DNA of 32,000 nucleotides from Candidatus Nanobsidianus stetteri (GCA_000387965.1 APJZ01000003.1:43014-75013); one strand, 5' to 3'; shown: positions 19,197-27,251, numbered from the stretch's first letter. Numbers and translations are program-made. Notes: generated by a model from the letters alone, not told the origin.

Positions 19197-19808
19197 ATAG
19201 ATACATTCTCATATCAAAACAAATCTGAGATAATAGAAGAAAGAATAAGATGGGCTAGGCAAAGAGCTAAAGAAAGTGAAAGTCCTGATATGCATGGATA
19301 TGCAATAATATTAGAAGTACTGTATAATTTGGCGCGAGAGAGAGCTCCAGAAGTCTTACGACAATTAGAAAAAGTAGTAGAAAGGACAGATGCCTTTACT
19401 TATGATATTCAAAAATTATCAGCAATTAGAGACTACATTAGAGATCATATATCTCCTTCAGAACAAGAGAATACTCGCAAACAGAAGATACAATACTTAA
19501 AAGAAGGTTTAGAAAAACTATTAGACTGGGATGTAGAAGATTACCTATATGATTTGTATAAGAGTATACGTTCTGGAGATCTTATTCCATTAGATTTTGA
19601 TTTCTATCTAGAAAGAGTAAGAGATTGGGCATATTTTACTGGTCATAGATTAGATTGGGAAACTAAAATAAGGTATGCACGAAAAGAAGCAGCATATGAC
19701 CGTCTTAGCTCTCATATAAAATGTTTATTAAGTAATCCTGAAGGGTATATGCAACACCTGAAATCGGGCGATTTAGAAAAGTTTGTTAGAGAATTATGTA
19801 AGTCCTAG
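19194..19808 (+). CDS. island orphan protein A (204 aa, soluble, helical-looking, R/E/D/W-rich)
   Basis: Long ORF in locally G+C-richer DNA that uses CGN Arg codons (for example CGA at 19335-19337). The promoter cassette is positioned for a leaderless start. I recognise no motif. Confidence 0.7.
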   Translation: MIDTFSYQNKSEIIEERIRWARQRAKESESPDMHGYAIILEVLYNLARERAPEVLRQLEKVVERTDAFTYDIQKLSAIRDYIRDHISPSEQENTRKQKIQYLKEGLEKLLDWDVEDYLYDLYKSIRSGDLIPLDFDFYLERVRDWAYFTGHRLDWETKIRYARKEAAYDRLSSHIKCLLSNPEGYMQHLKSGDLEKFVRELCKS

Positions 19809-19925
19809 CTAGAGTTTGAGTAAATCAATTAAAAGTTGTGGAAAAAATCTGAAAAAGTATATACACAACACATATAAGAGAGAAAATTATACAAATAAGT
19901 AAAGAGCTAAGCAAAATAAAGTATC

Positions 19926-19944
19926 TTTTTGTTATATATTTTTT
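19926..19944 (+). terminator. oligo-T tracts downstream of island ORF A
   Basis: T5 at 19926-19930 and T6 at 19939-19944. Archaeal RNAP terminates at oligo-T, but T runs are common in AT-rich DNA. Confidence 0.25.
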
Positions 19945-19975
19945 AAAATATCAAATTATATATAACGAATTTAAT

Positions 19976-20042
19976 ATAATTACTGTATAATAGTAGATAA
20001 TAACAATAAACTTAAAAAATTTCTAATAATTAATTAGTTATG
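19976..20042 (+). promoter_or_regulatory. island promoter/operator cassette, copy B (diverged)
   Basis: ATAATTAC-N13-ATAATAAC boxes and CAATAAACTTAAAAAATTT align in register with copies A and C (roughly 80% identity by eye). The TATA box is centred ~26 nt before ATG 20040. Confidence 0.5.
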
Positions 20043-20726
20043 ACGGATGGACATGATATTAAGAATGACATAATAATTAAGTATGGCCTTTCCCATATAC
20101 TTTTTACTGAACTGCAGCAATGTGGAGCAGATTTCAAAAATACATTAGCAGAAGGAAATCGTCAAATATTATATATCACAATTGATGTATTTGAGAAAAT
20201 GGGTACTGAAATGTTCTATAAGGCAGACAAAACACTCCGATCATCATTAGATGAATTAATGAAAGCTATAATGGAATGGAGGAAATGTAAAACACCTCCA
20301 AATGATTATGATAGTCTTATAAGATGTCTAACAGAATGCCGCCTTACAACCGGTATAGCAGGGGCTATTAATGAATACTTAAAAGAAATTAACGCTACGG
20401 ACTTTGAAAAGAAAGTTTATAATTTAATCGAAGCTATAGAGCATCTATCACGTTCATATGTACTTGACGCTTTGTATGAAAGACTAAAAAATAAAACTAA
20501 TGATGAAATTTATAGATCTATAGATAAACTATCTAGAAATTCTGAATCCAAAGAAGGATCAACCAACTATCTAGAAAAAACTAAAAAAGGTGTTTATGAA
20601 ATTAATCATATTTTTCAAAAAGCATCTCAAGATGTTAAAGAGCCCATAAAAATTCTATTAAAAGATCCTAAAAAGAATATAAAACTATTTTATGCAATTA
20701 TAGGTTTTAATTTGTATAAAAACTGA
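20040..20726 (+). CDS. island orphan protein B (228 aa, soluble, helical-looking, Cys-containing)
   Basis: Long ORF with several CGN Arg codons (cgt, cga, cgc). It has its own promoter cassette. I recognise no motif. Confidence 0.7.
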   Translation: MTDGHDIKNDIIIKYGLSHILFTELQQCGADFKNTLAEGNRQILYITIDVFEKMGTEMFYKADKTLRSSLDELMKAIMEWRKCKTPPNDYDSLIRCLTECRLTTGIAGAINEYLKEINATDFEKKVYNLIEAIEHLSRSYVLDALYERLKNKTNDEIYRSIDKLSRNSESKEGSTNYLEKTKKGVYEINHIFQKASQDVKEPIKILLKDPKKNIKLFYAIIGFNLYKN

Positions 20727-20774
20727 AAAATCTCAACATCTTTAGATGATCATCATTATTAGAAGACATGCATA

Positions 20775-20780
20775 TTTTTT
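20775..20780 (+). terminator. oligo-T tract downstream of island ORF B
   Basis: T6 located 49 nt after the stop codon. Confidence 0.25.
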
Positions 20781-20842
20781 ATTCCTAGCCTAGTCATTAT
20801 TTTTATTTTAGAATATTAAAGTTACATAAAATATACTTAAGC

Positions 20843-20910
20843 ATAATTACTATTTGATGATAGATAGTAACAATAAATTTAAAAATTTTCCAACAATAAC
20901 TTTTAGTATG
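20843..20910 (+). promoter_or_regulatory. island promoter/operator cassette, copy C
   Basis: ATAATTAC-N13-ATAGTAAC boxes, with the inverted repeat TTACTAT-N10-ATAGTAA at 20847-20870. The TATA-like ATTTAAAAA at 20877-20885 is centred ~27 nt before ATG 20908. Confidence 0.6.
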
Positions 20911-21612
20911 AGATATATATCTTCAGATAAAGACTTATATGGAAAAATAAAAGGAGAAACTCTGAAAATAGAAGAAATATTGAAAAAAATAAAGGAAAAA
21001 AGAGGGATGGACAAGCTTATCGACGAAGTTGATGATTCACAATATTTTATAGAAGAAGTATTAAAAAAAATAAAGGAAAAAGAGGGGATAGACACACCTA
21101 TCGATGAAGTCGATAAGTTAAAATATTTTTATAAATACATAGTAGGGGACATACTCATAAAAATATCAACAAATGCGCCACAGACTGCAGGAAAATACGT
21201 AAGATTAGTAGAAAAATTACAGGAATTGGACATATGTAAAAGTTCTTTAATTAAAGATTGGGAAGCTCTCTACCAGTGTATGGGTGAATACTACTTTAAG
21301 ATTGGCATAATAATGGGTACCCGCCGTTATATTGAATTGCATGGTGAATTCTTATCTAAACCAGGAGAACTTGAAAATTTTATTAATGGTTTGGAAACTT
21401 TAGTAGATGGTAAAGTAATAAAGGGCCTGTATAAACTCTATCAAGAAGTAAAAGAACTAAACTCAAAATATCTATTAGATGTAAATAAATATAATCATTC
21501 AGTATCTCAAGAAGATATAATTATAATGTCATATGAATTAGCATCTAAGTTTGTTGCGGATCTTATATTTAGCTATTTATTAGGATATATATCATTAGAA
21601 ACTGCAATATAG
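20908..21612 (+). CDS. island orphan protein C (234 aa from Met 20908; contains a 2 x 27-aa tandem repeat)
   Basis: The ORF track opens this frame at 20854 (TTG/ATG inside the conserved cassette). The cassette geometry shared with A and B points to ATG 20908 (MRYISSDKDLYG...) as the start. It uses CGC and CGT Arg codons (TRRY). Confidence 0.65.
   Translation: MRYISSDKDLYGKIKGETLKIEEILKKIKEKRGMDKLIDEVDDSQYFIEEVLKKIKEKEGIDTPIDEVDKLKYFYKYIVGDILIKISTNAPQTAGKYVRLVEKLQELDICKSSLIKDWEALYQCMGEYYFKIGIIMGTRRYIELHGEFLSKPGELENFINGLETLVDGKVIKGLYKLYQEVKELNSKYLLDVNKYNHSVSQEDIIIMSYELASKFVADLIFSYLLGYISLETAI
20971..21132 (+). repeat. 81-nt in-frame tandem duplication inside island ORF C
   Basis: EEILKKIKEKRGMDKLIDEVDDSQYFI (20971-21051) versus EEVLKKIKEKEGIDTPIDEVDKLKYFY (21052-21132). 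The period is exactly 81 nt. Confidence 0.85.
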
Positions 21613-21698
21613 CAACATATAGATTATATGGTGACTGTAAAACAGAAAATCAAAATGCATAAGACTTTTTGATAAAATCTTTTTTATTTAATTTTTAT

Positions 21699-22118
21699 TT
21701 AATGACCAAATAAAGAGAAAAGTCCACTTAATATACCACCTTTACTTTCAACTATTTGGCATGGTAAAATTGCCTCATATTGATTACCATTCACAGTATA
21801 ATATACTCTTACATATGCATTTAATATAATAATATTATTATTTACACTACATGCATTCATAGATCCATAACTTATATTTCCTAAATTGCATGTTGAATTT
21901 TCATAGAAATTATATACTGTTACATTTTCCAAATTTTGTTTTGCAGTAATTATGATAAGAGATGTTCCATTTGAATATTGACAATTATATGTAAAATATT
22001 CCAAATATGGTGGCAAATAAGATGTTACATAATATGTATATATTGCATATAGCACAATCAATATAAAAGCTGCTACACCAACCCAGATTACAAATTTTGG
22101 TATCTTTGATATATCCAT
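21699..22118 (-). CDS. small N-terminally anchored or secreted Cys- and sequon-rich protein
   Basis: 139 aa. It has an N-terminal TM segment (FVIWVGVAAFILIVLYAIYTYYV), 4 Cys and several N-x-S/T sequons (NGT, NVT, NST, NIS). Confidence 0.5.
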   Translation of the reverse strand: MDISKIPKFVIWVGVAAFILIVLYAIYTYYVTSYLPPYLEYFTYNCQYSNGTSLIIITAKQNLENVTVYNFYENSTCNLGNISYGSMNACSVNNNIIILNAYVRVYYTVNGNQYEAILPCQIVESKGGILSGLFSLFGH

Positions 22119-22122
22119 AAAA

Positions 22123-22437
22123 TTAATTTTGATCTACATATATATAAACATAGATATATTTATTCCCCCTATCTTCAATCTTCATATTTTTTATAATCTC
22201 TTCATATTTTTTATTATCTATATCAAATAAATCTGGATATTTATTTAATATATAATCCATTATTAATCTTTTTATCATAATATCCCCATTCTTATACATA
22301 TTTTCAGAATAATATTCATCTAAAATCCCTTCTATTATATATTTTGGAATCTTAAATTCATATTCAATATTATACGGCATGTAAAATTTTACTATTTTCC
22401 AAAATATAAATGATTGCTTTATATTCTTGAATTTCAA
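22123..22437 (-). CDS. small hypothetical protein
   Basis: 104 aa ORF between rfcS and the 139-aa gene. The start is uncertain, with an internal Met at 22380 possible. It has no recognisable motif. Confidence 0.4.
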   Translation of the reverse strand: MKFKNIKQSFIFWKIVKFYMPYNIEYEFKIPKYIIEGILDEYYSENMYKNGDIMIKRLIMDYILNKYPDLFDIDNKKYEEIIKNMKIEDRGNKYIYVYIYVDQN

Positions 22438-22453
22438 AAATGATTATCAAAAA

Positions 22454-23422
22454 TTATTTTCTACTTTGCAAACCTCTAAGCCCTATATATGCTAACAAAG
22501 CACCTAATTGTATTATTGGATCTGAACCTTCTAACAATCTATATTCTACTTCTCCAGCATAATATATTATATCTAATTTTTCTTTTTCTGGTATATTCAT
22601 AGAATAAACTTCTTTTGATAAATATTTAATTATATCTTCTCCTGCAAGACCATATTTTATCATTAAATCAATTAATTTTTCTCTAGCCTCAACAAATTTT
22701 CCTTCATATGCTAATTTTAATACTTCCTGTAATTCTTGCGGCTTTGCTACAGAAGCAACTTCATATATTAATTCTGGGGTTATATCTTTAGAATATAAAG
22801 CTGCAGCTTGTAACATATTTATTGATTTTCTCATATCACCTTCTGAAATATAGTATATTGCTTCTAATGCATCATCACTTATATTCAAATTTTCTTTTTC
22901 AGCTATTGATCTTAATAAATCGAATACATCTTTTTTATCTAATTGTTTAAATCTAAATATAACAGTTCTAGATTGTATTGGTTCTATAATTTTTGATGAA
23001 TAATTACATGCCAATATAAATCTTGTTATTGAAGAATATTCTTCCATTATTCTTCTCAAAGCTTGCTGTGCATCTCTTGTCATTGCATCTGCTTCATCCA
23101 AAAATACAATTTTAAATGGAAAATCTCCAATTGGTTTTGTTCTTGCAAATTCTTTTACTTTTTCTCTTATTACATCAATTCCCCTATCATCTGAAGCATT
23201 TAATTGTAGTACATTTTGTTCCCATTTATCTCCATATAATTCTCTTGCCAATGCCAATGCAGCAGTTGTTTTTCCAACACCAGCAGGTCCTGCAAATAAT
23301 AGATGAGGCATATTTTTATTCTCTACAAATGCCTTCAATCTTTTTACTATTTCATCTTGTCCTTTTATATCATCCAATCTTTTTGGTCTATATTTTTCTG
23401 TCCATATTTCATTCTCTGGCAT
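22454..23422 (-). CDS. rfcS: replication factor C small subunit (intein-free)
   Basis: 322 aa. It starts with [13 protein letters not shown], and has Walker [10 protein letters not shown], Walker B LDEADAMT, an SRC-type motif (QSRTVIFRF) and sensor 2 [11 protein letters not shown]. Confidence 0.92.
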   Translation of the reverse strand: MPENEIWTEKYRPKRLDDIKGQDEIVKRLKAFVENKNMPHLLFAGPAGVGKTTAALALARELYGDKWEQNVLQLNASDDRGIDVIREKVKEFARTKPIGDFPFKIVFLDEADAMTRDAQQALRRIMEEYSSITRFILACNYSSKIIEPIQSRTVIFRFKQLDKKDVFDLLRSIAEKENLNISDDALEAIYYISEGDMRKSINMLQAAALYSKDITPELIYEVASVAKPQELQEVLKLAYEGKFVEAREKLIDLMIKYGLAGEDIIKYLSKEVYSMNIPEKEKLDIIYYAGEVEYRLLEGSDPIIQLGALLAYIGLRGLQSRK

Positions 23423-23462
23423 AAATTAATAATTTAAATTAAAACTTAAATATAATGTTATT

Positions 23463-24122
23463 ATGGACTTTGAATATGTAAAACATAATGATCTAATAAT
23501 ATATTATAAGATTTATGATCTTGAATGTTATCCACCAAAGGAAGATTCCTTTTTATTAAATGACCATATAAAAGAGTTTGCTAGAGGTAAAAGAGTATTA
23601 GATATTGGATGTGGATCTGGAATTCAGGGTTTAGAGGCATATAAATATACAAAAAACGTATCTTTTTCAGATATATCTGAAGAATGTTTAAAAATATCTA
23701 AAATAAACTTTTATATAAATTATATAGATAATAATTCTGATCTTGATTATTTATATAAAAATATAGAAAAAATGAATTTACCAGTAAAATTTTATCTATC
23801 CGATTTATTTAATAATATAAATGAAAAATTTGATCTAATATTATTTAATCCTCCATATTTACCAGAAGTGAGTTATGAAGGAGTAAAGGTCAAAAGATGG
23901 GTTTCTGGAGGAAAATTTGGATATGAAACAATTGATAGATTTTTATATCAAAGTATAACTAAATTAAATAATTTTGGAGAAATATTAATAATAATGTCTT
24001 CAATAACAAATCCTCAATATATATTAAATAAATATTCAAAATTTTATGATTATAGAATAATAGATAACAAACACTTCTTCTTTGAAGATATATTTTTAAT
24101 ATATTTAAAGAAAAAGTTTTAG
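23463..24122 (+). CDS. HemK/PrmC (Mtq2)-like N5-glutamine SAM-dependent methyltransferase
   Basis: 219 aa with the SAM motif VLDIGCGSGIQG and the catalytic NPPY (LILFNPPYLP). Confidence 0.75.
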   Translation: MDFEYVKHNDLIIYYKIYDLECYPPKEDSFLLNDHIKEFARGKRVLDIGCGSGIQGLEAYKYTKNVSFSDISEECLKISKINFYINYIDNNSDLDYLYKNIEKMNLPVKFYLSDLFNNINEKFDLILFNPPYLPEVSYEGVKVKRWVSGGKFGYETIDRFLYQSITKLNNFGEILIIMSSITNPQYILNKYSKFYDYRIIDNKHFFFEDIFLIYLKKKF

Positions 24123-24124
24123 TT

Positions 24125-24886
24125 ATGATAGCTGATGACCATGCTCATTTATTTTTATATAATAATGTAGATGAAAAAATAAGAGAAAATGTTGAAAGAA
24201 ATGTAAAATATATAATCGAAAATTCTATAGATATTGAAAGTATAAATAAAGTAATTGAAGAATCTAGAAAATATGATATAATATATTATGCTTTGGGATT
24301 ATATCCTGAGGAAATTGAAAAAATGAATGATAATGATATAGAAAAAGTATTCGAATTTATTGAAGAAAATAAGGATAGAAAATTTTTAGCAATTGGAGAA
24401 GTTGGATTGGATTTTTCTAATGTAGATGAAAACAAAATTAAAAAACAGAAAATATATTTTGAAAAATTTTTAGAATTAGCTGATAGATTAAAGAAACCAG
24501 TAATAATTCATGCTAGAAAAGCTGAAAAGGATGTATTAGATATATTAACAAGTTATAATAATAAAAAAGTATTACATACATTTTGGAAACCTTCTTTAGT
24601 AGATAAAGCAATTGAAATAAATTGTTATTTATCAATACCAGCAATTGTTTATAGAGATCCTGGATTTCAAAAAATTGTAAAAGATGTACCATTAGAATTT
24701 ATTTTAACTGAAACAGATTCTCCATATTTGGACCCAATAGAAAAAGGTAAAGCAGTAAATAATTCATGGAAGATAATATATTCATTGAAAAAGATATCTG
24801 AAATAAAAGATATAGATGAGAAAGAGTTAGAAGAAATAATATTTAATAACTTTGTTAAAGTATATAATATAAATAATGATGAATAA
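24125..24886 (+). CDS. TatD-family metal-dependent hydrolase (copy 2)
   Basis: 253 aa with DDHAHL, EVGLD, IIHARKA and TETDSPYL motifs. Confidence 0.8.
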   Translation: MIADDHAHLFLYNNVDEKIRENVERNVKYIIENSIDIESINKVIEESRKYDIIYYALGLYPEEIEKMNDNDIEKVFEFIEENKDRKFLAIGEVGLDFSNVDENKIKKQKIYFEKFLELADRLKKPVIIHARKAEKDVLDILTSYNNKKVLHTFWKPSLVDKAIEINCYLSIPAIVYRDPGFQKIVKDVPLEFILTETDSPYLDPIEKGKAVNNSWKIIYSLKKISEIKDIDEKELEEIIFNNFVKVYNINNDE

Positions 24887-24927
24887 ATATAGGCTGAAAA
24901 GTGATGTAGAACCCGGAAACTGATAAA
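24872..24927 (+). ncRNA. candidate C/D box sRNA (2'-O-methylation guide)
   Basis: The elements, in order, are: C box ATGATGA (24876-24882), an 11-nt spacer, D' CTGA (24894-24897), a 3-nt linker, C' GTGATGT (24901-24907), the 12-nt spacer AGAACCCGGAAA (24908-24919), and D CTGA (24920-24923). This is the canonical archaeal C-D'-C'-D layout. It sits in the tatD/xth junction and is locally G+C-richer. Confidence 0.4.
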
Positions 24928-25677
24928 ATGAAAATTATATCATGGAATATTAATGGATTAAAATCAATAATTCAAAAAGGTTTAATTGATTTTATTAAAA
25001 AATATAATGTGGACTTTTATCTATTTCAAGAAATAAAAACAAAAGAAATACCATTAACATTTCAATTACTTGGATATAATGTTTATTCATTTCCCGCAAA
25101 GAGAAATGGTTATAGTGGTATATTAACATTATCTAAAATAAAACCAAATAATGTAAAATATGGAATTGGAATTGAGAAATTTGATATTGAAGGGAGGGTT
25201 ATAACAATGGAATATGATAAATTCTATTTAATAAATGTATATTTTCCAAATGCTGGAGTTGGGACATTAAAAAGATTAGATTTTAAATTAGAATTTGATA
25301 AAGAATTTGAAAAATATGTACTATCTTTAAATAAACCATGTATAATTTGCGGAGATTTTAATGTTGCACATAAAGATATTGATATATATGATCCAATAAA
25401 TTTGAAAGGCTATGCAGGATTTACAGATCAAGAAAGGCAATGGTTTGATCATTTTTTATCTTTAGGATTTATTGATACATTTAGATATATAAAAGGAAAT
25501 ATAAGAAAATATAGCTGGTTTTCATATTCAATTATTGCAAGAAAGAAAAATGAAGGATGGAGACTTGATTATTGTGTAGTAAGTAAAGAATTAAAAGATA
25601 AAATTGTTAATGCAGATATATTAGATAATGTATATGGATCTGATCATGTTCCAATATTATTAGAAATAAATATATAA
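24928..25677 (+). CDS. xth: exodeoxyribonuclease III / AP endonuclease
   Basis: 249 aa with an N-terminal SWNINGL, then LFQEIK, GDFNVAH, and a C-terminal GSDHVPI. Confidence 0.9.
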   Translation: MKIISWNINGLKSIIQKGLIDFIKKYNVDFYLFQEIKTKEIPLTFQLLGYNVYSFPAKRNGYSGILTLSKIKPNNVKYGIGIEKFDIEGRVITMEYDKFYLINVYFPNAGVGTLKRLDFKLEFDKEFEKYVLSLNKPCIICGDFNVAHKDIDIYDPINLKGYAGFTDQERQWFDHFLSLGFIDTFRYIKGNIRKYSWFSYSIIARKKNEGWRLDYCVVSKELKDKIVNADILDNVYGSDHVPILLEINI

Positions 25678-25700
25678 AAAATAAAAATCATTTTTTATCT

Positions 25701-27251
25701 ATGGGTATAAATCTATTACCTGAAAAACCAAAAGTTGAGATAAAGAGTGAAGAATTAAGAAAAATAATAAAATATGATAACGATGGTCTACCAATATTTC
25801 CAGCATTTATTAATGGAGAATGGTATTATGGAAATGGAGAATATATAACTATTAATACTCCAATAGATTTATCACCTGTTGCAAAAGTTCCAAAAGTTCA
25901 ATATGAAGTTGTAGAGAAAGAAATTGATAGATTATATAATGAAAGATTTAATGCAAAAAATTATCCAGGATATTTAAGGGTTGAAAAATTATTAAAAACT
26001 GCAGAATTATTAGAAAAGTATTCAGAAGACTTTGTAAATTTATTAATTATAAATGCTGGAAAAACAAGAAAGCAAGCTTTAGGAGAAATAGAATCTACAA
26101 TTAATAGAATAAAAAATATTGAAATCGATTATAGAAAAATTGTTGGAGATTATTTACCAGGTGAATTTAGTAAAGATTATTTAGAATCTGAAGGAATTAT
26201 AAAAAGAGAACCTTTAGGATTGATTTTAGCAATAGCTCCATTTAACTATCCATTATTTGATTCTGTAAATAAAATAATATTTTCATTATTACCTGGAAAT
26301 GTATTAATTATTAAACCTCCATCTTTAGATCCATTACCAGTAATATTATATATTAGATTATTAGAATTAGCAGGTTTTCCAATGAAGTATATATCATTAA
26401 TAACAATACCTGGAAGGGATATGAATAAAATAACACCAAATAAAAAAATATCTTCAATAATATTTACTGGATCTACAGAAACTGGAGAAGAAATAATAAA
26501 GAATTCTGGAATTAAACAATATTTAATGGAACTGGGTGGAGGGGCTCCTGCATTTGTATTAAATGATGTTGATATAAATGATGCAGCAAAAAGAGTTGCA
26601 TCTGGTATTATATCATATTCTGGACAAAGGTGTGATTCTATAAAAATAATATTTGTAGAAAAAGAAATATATGATAAATTTAAAGAAAAATTAATAGAAG
26701 AAATTTCAAAGGTAAAAATAGGAGATCCTAGAGATGATAATACAACATTTGGACCAATTGCAGATCCTAAGACTGTAGATGAATTTATATATTCTTTAGA
26801 AGATGCAAAACAAAAAGGAGGAAAAATATTATATGGAGGAAATAGATTAGATAAAACATATATTGAACCTACTTTGATAGAAGTTGATAAAGAAAATGTA
26901 GATAAATTATATTTATTTAATAAGGAAGTATTCTTATCTGTAGCATTATTAGTAAAAATAGATAATATAGATGAGGGATTAAAAATTATAGAAAAAAGAA
27001 GATATGGATTAGATGCAGCAATATTTGGAAATGATATAAATAAAATTAGAAAGATAGCAGAATATTTAGAAGTTGGGGCTGTATATATTAATGATATGCC
27101 AAGACATGGAATTGGATATTATCCTTACGGAGGTAGAAAAGATTCAGGAATTGGTAAAGAAGGATTGGGTTATGGAATTGAATTTACTACAACATATAAA
27201 TCAATAGTATATAATTATAAGGATAAAGGCGTTTGGAATTATAAGACATAA
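25701..27251 (+). CDS. aldehyde dehydrogenase superfamily, GAPN-like (non-phosphorylating)
   Basis: 516 aa with FTGSTETG, ELGGGAP and the catalytic Cys in GQRCDS. The GAPN subtype assignment is an inference. Confidence 0.8.
   Translation: MGINLLPEKPKVEIKSEELRKIIKYDNDGLPIFPAFINGEWYYGNGEYITINTPIDLSPVAKVPKVQYEVVEKEIDRLYNERFNAKNYPGYLRVEKLLKTAELLEKYSEDFVNLLIINAGKTRKQALGEIESTINRIKNIEIDYRKIVGDYLPGEFSKDYLESEGIIKREPLGLILAIAPFNYPLFDSVNKIIFSLLPGNVLIIKPPSLDPLPVILYIRLLELAGFPMKYISLITIPGRDMNKITPNKKISSIIFTGSTETGEEIIKNSGIKQYLMELGGGAPAFVLNDVDINDAAKRVASGIISYSGQRCDSIKIIFVEKEIYDKFKEKLIEEISKVKIGDPRDDNTTFGPIADPKTVDEFIYSLEDAKQKGGKILYGGNRLDKTYIEPTLIEVDKENVDKLYLFNKEVFLSVALLVKIDNIDEGLKIIEKRRYGLDAAIFGNDINKIRKIAEYLEVGAVYINDMPRHGIGYYPYGGRKDSGIGKEGLGYGIEFTTTYKSIVYNYKDKGVWNYKT

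Noticed and set aside
20745-20754. Perfect 10-nt palindrome GATGATCATC downstream of island ORF B.
   Set aside because: It is a single short loop-less palindrome that is not repeated elsewhere in the window. That is insufficient to call it a site or terminator.
20854-20907. Upstream start (TTG 20854 / ATG 20857) for island ORF C, adding MMIDSNNKFKNFPTITFS. The equivalent mini-ORF in copy A is MMIDSNDKFKKFFQQ*.
   Set aside because: This stretch is the conserved cassette itself. In A it is closed by single-nt indels, and in B it has no start codon and ends in a stop. Conservation is therefore at the DNA level. TATA spacing predicts transcription starting at 20908, downstream of these codons. 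A short regulatory uORF cannot be fully excluded.
19128-20910. Interpreting the repeated palindromic cassettes as integron-like attC recombination sites.
   Set aside because: No integron integrase or attI is in the window. The repeats sit immediately 5' of each ATG with a TATA box at fixed distance, which fits promoters better than 3' attC sites. I keep this only as a remote alternative, testable by genome-wide search.
20850-21095. 81-aa minus-strand ORF across the start of island ORF C, which itself shows an internal repeat.
   Set aside because: It is the mirror image of the 81-nt tandem repeat and the promoter cassette. The repeat in its product is a by-product. The plus-strand ORF is much longer and has the conserved promoter geometry.
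19428-21330. Minimal HEPN-like R-x4-6-H strings in island proteins A (RDYIRDH) and C (RYIELH).
   Set aside because: The pattern is far too short to be significant. Protein B lacks it, and no partner nucleotidyltransferase (MNT) is present. It is worth a profile search but is not evidence.
19104-21630. Short AT-rich direct repeat ATATAGATTA at both island borders (19104-19113 and 21617-21626), considered as a possible target-site duplication or att site.
   Set aside because: A 10-mer made of A, T and one G is expected by chance between two ~50-nt windows in DNA this AT-rich; my rough estimate puts the chance on the order of tens of percent. No integrase or transposase is nearby.
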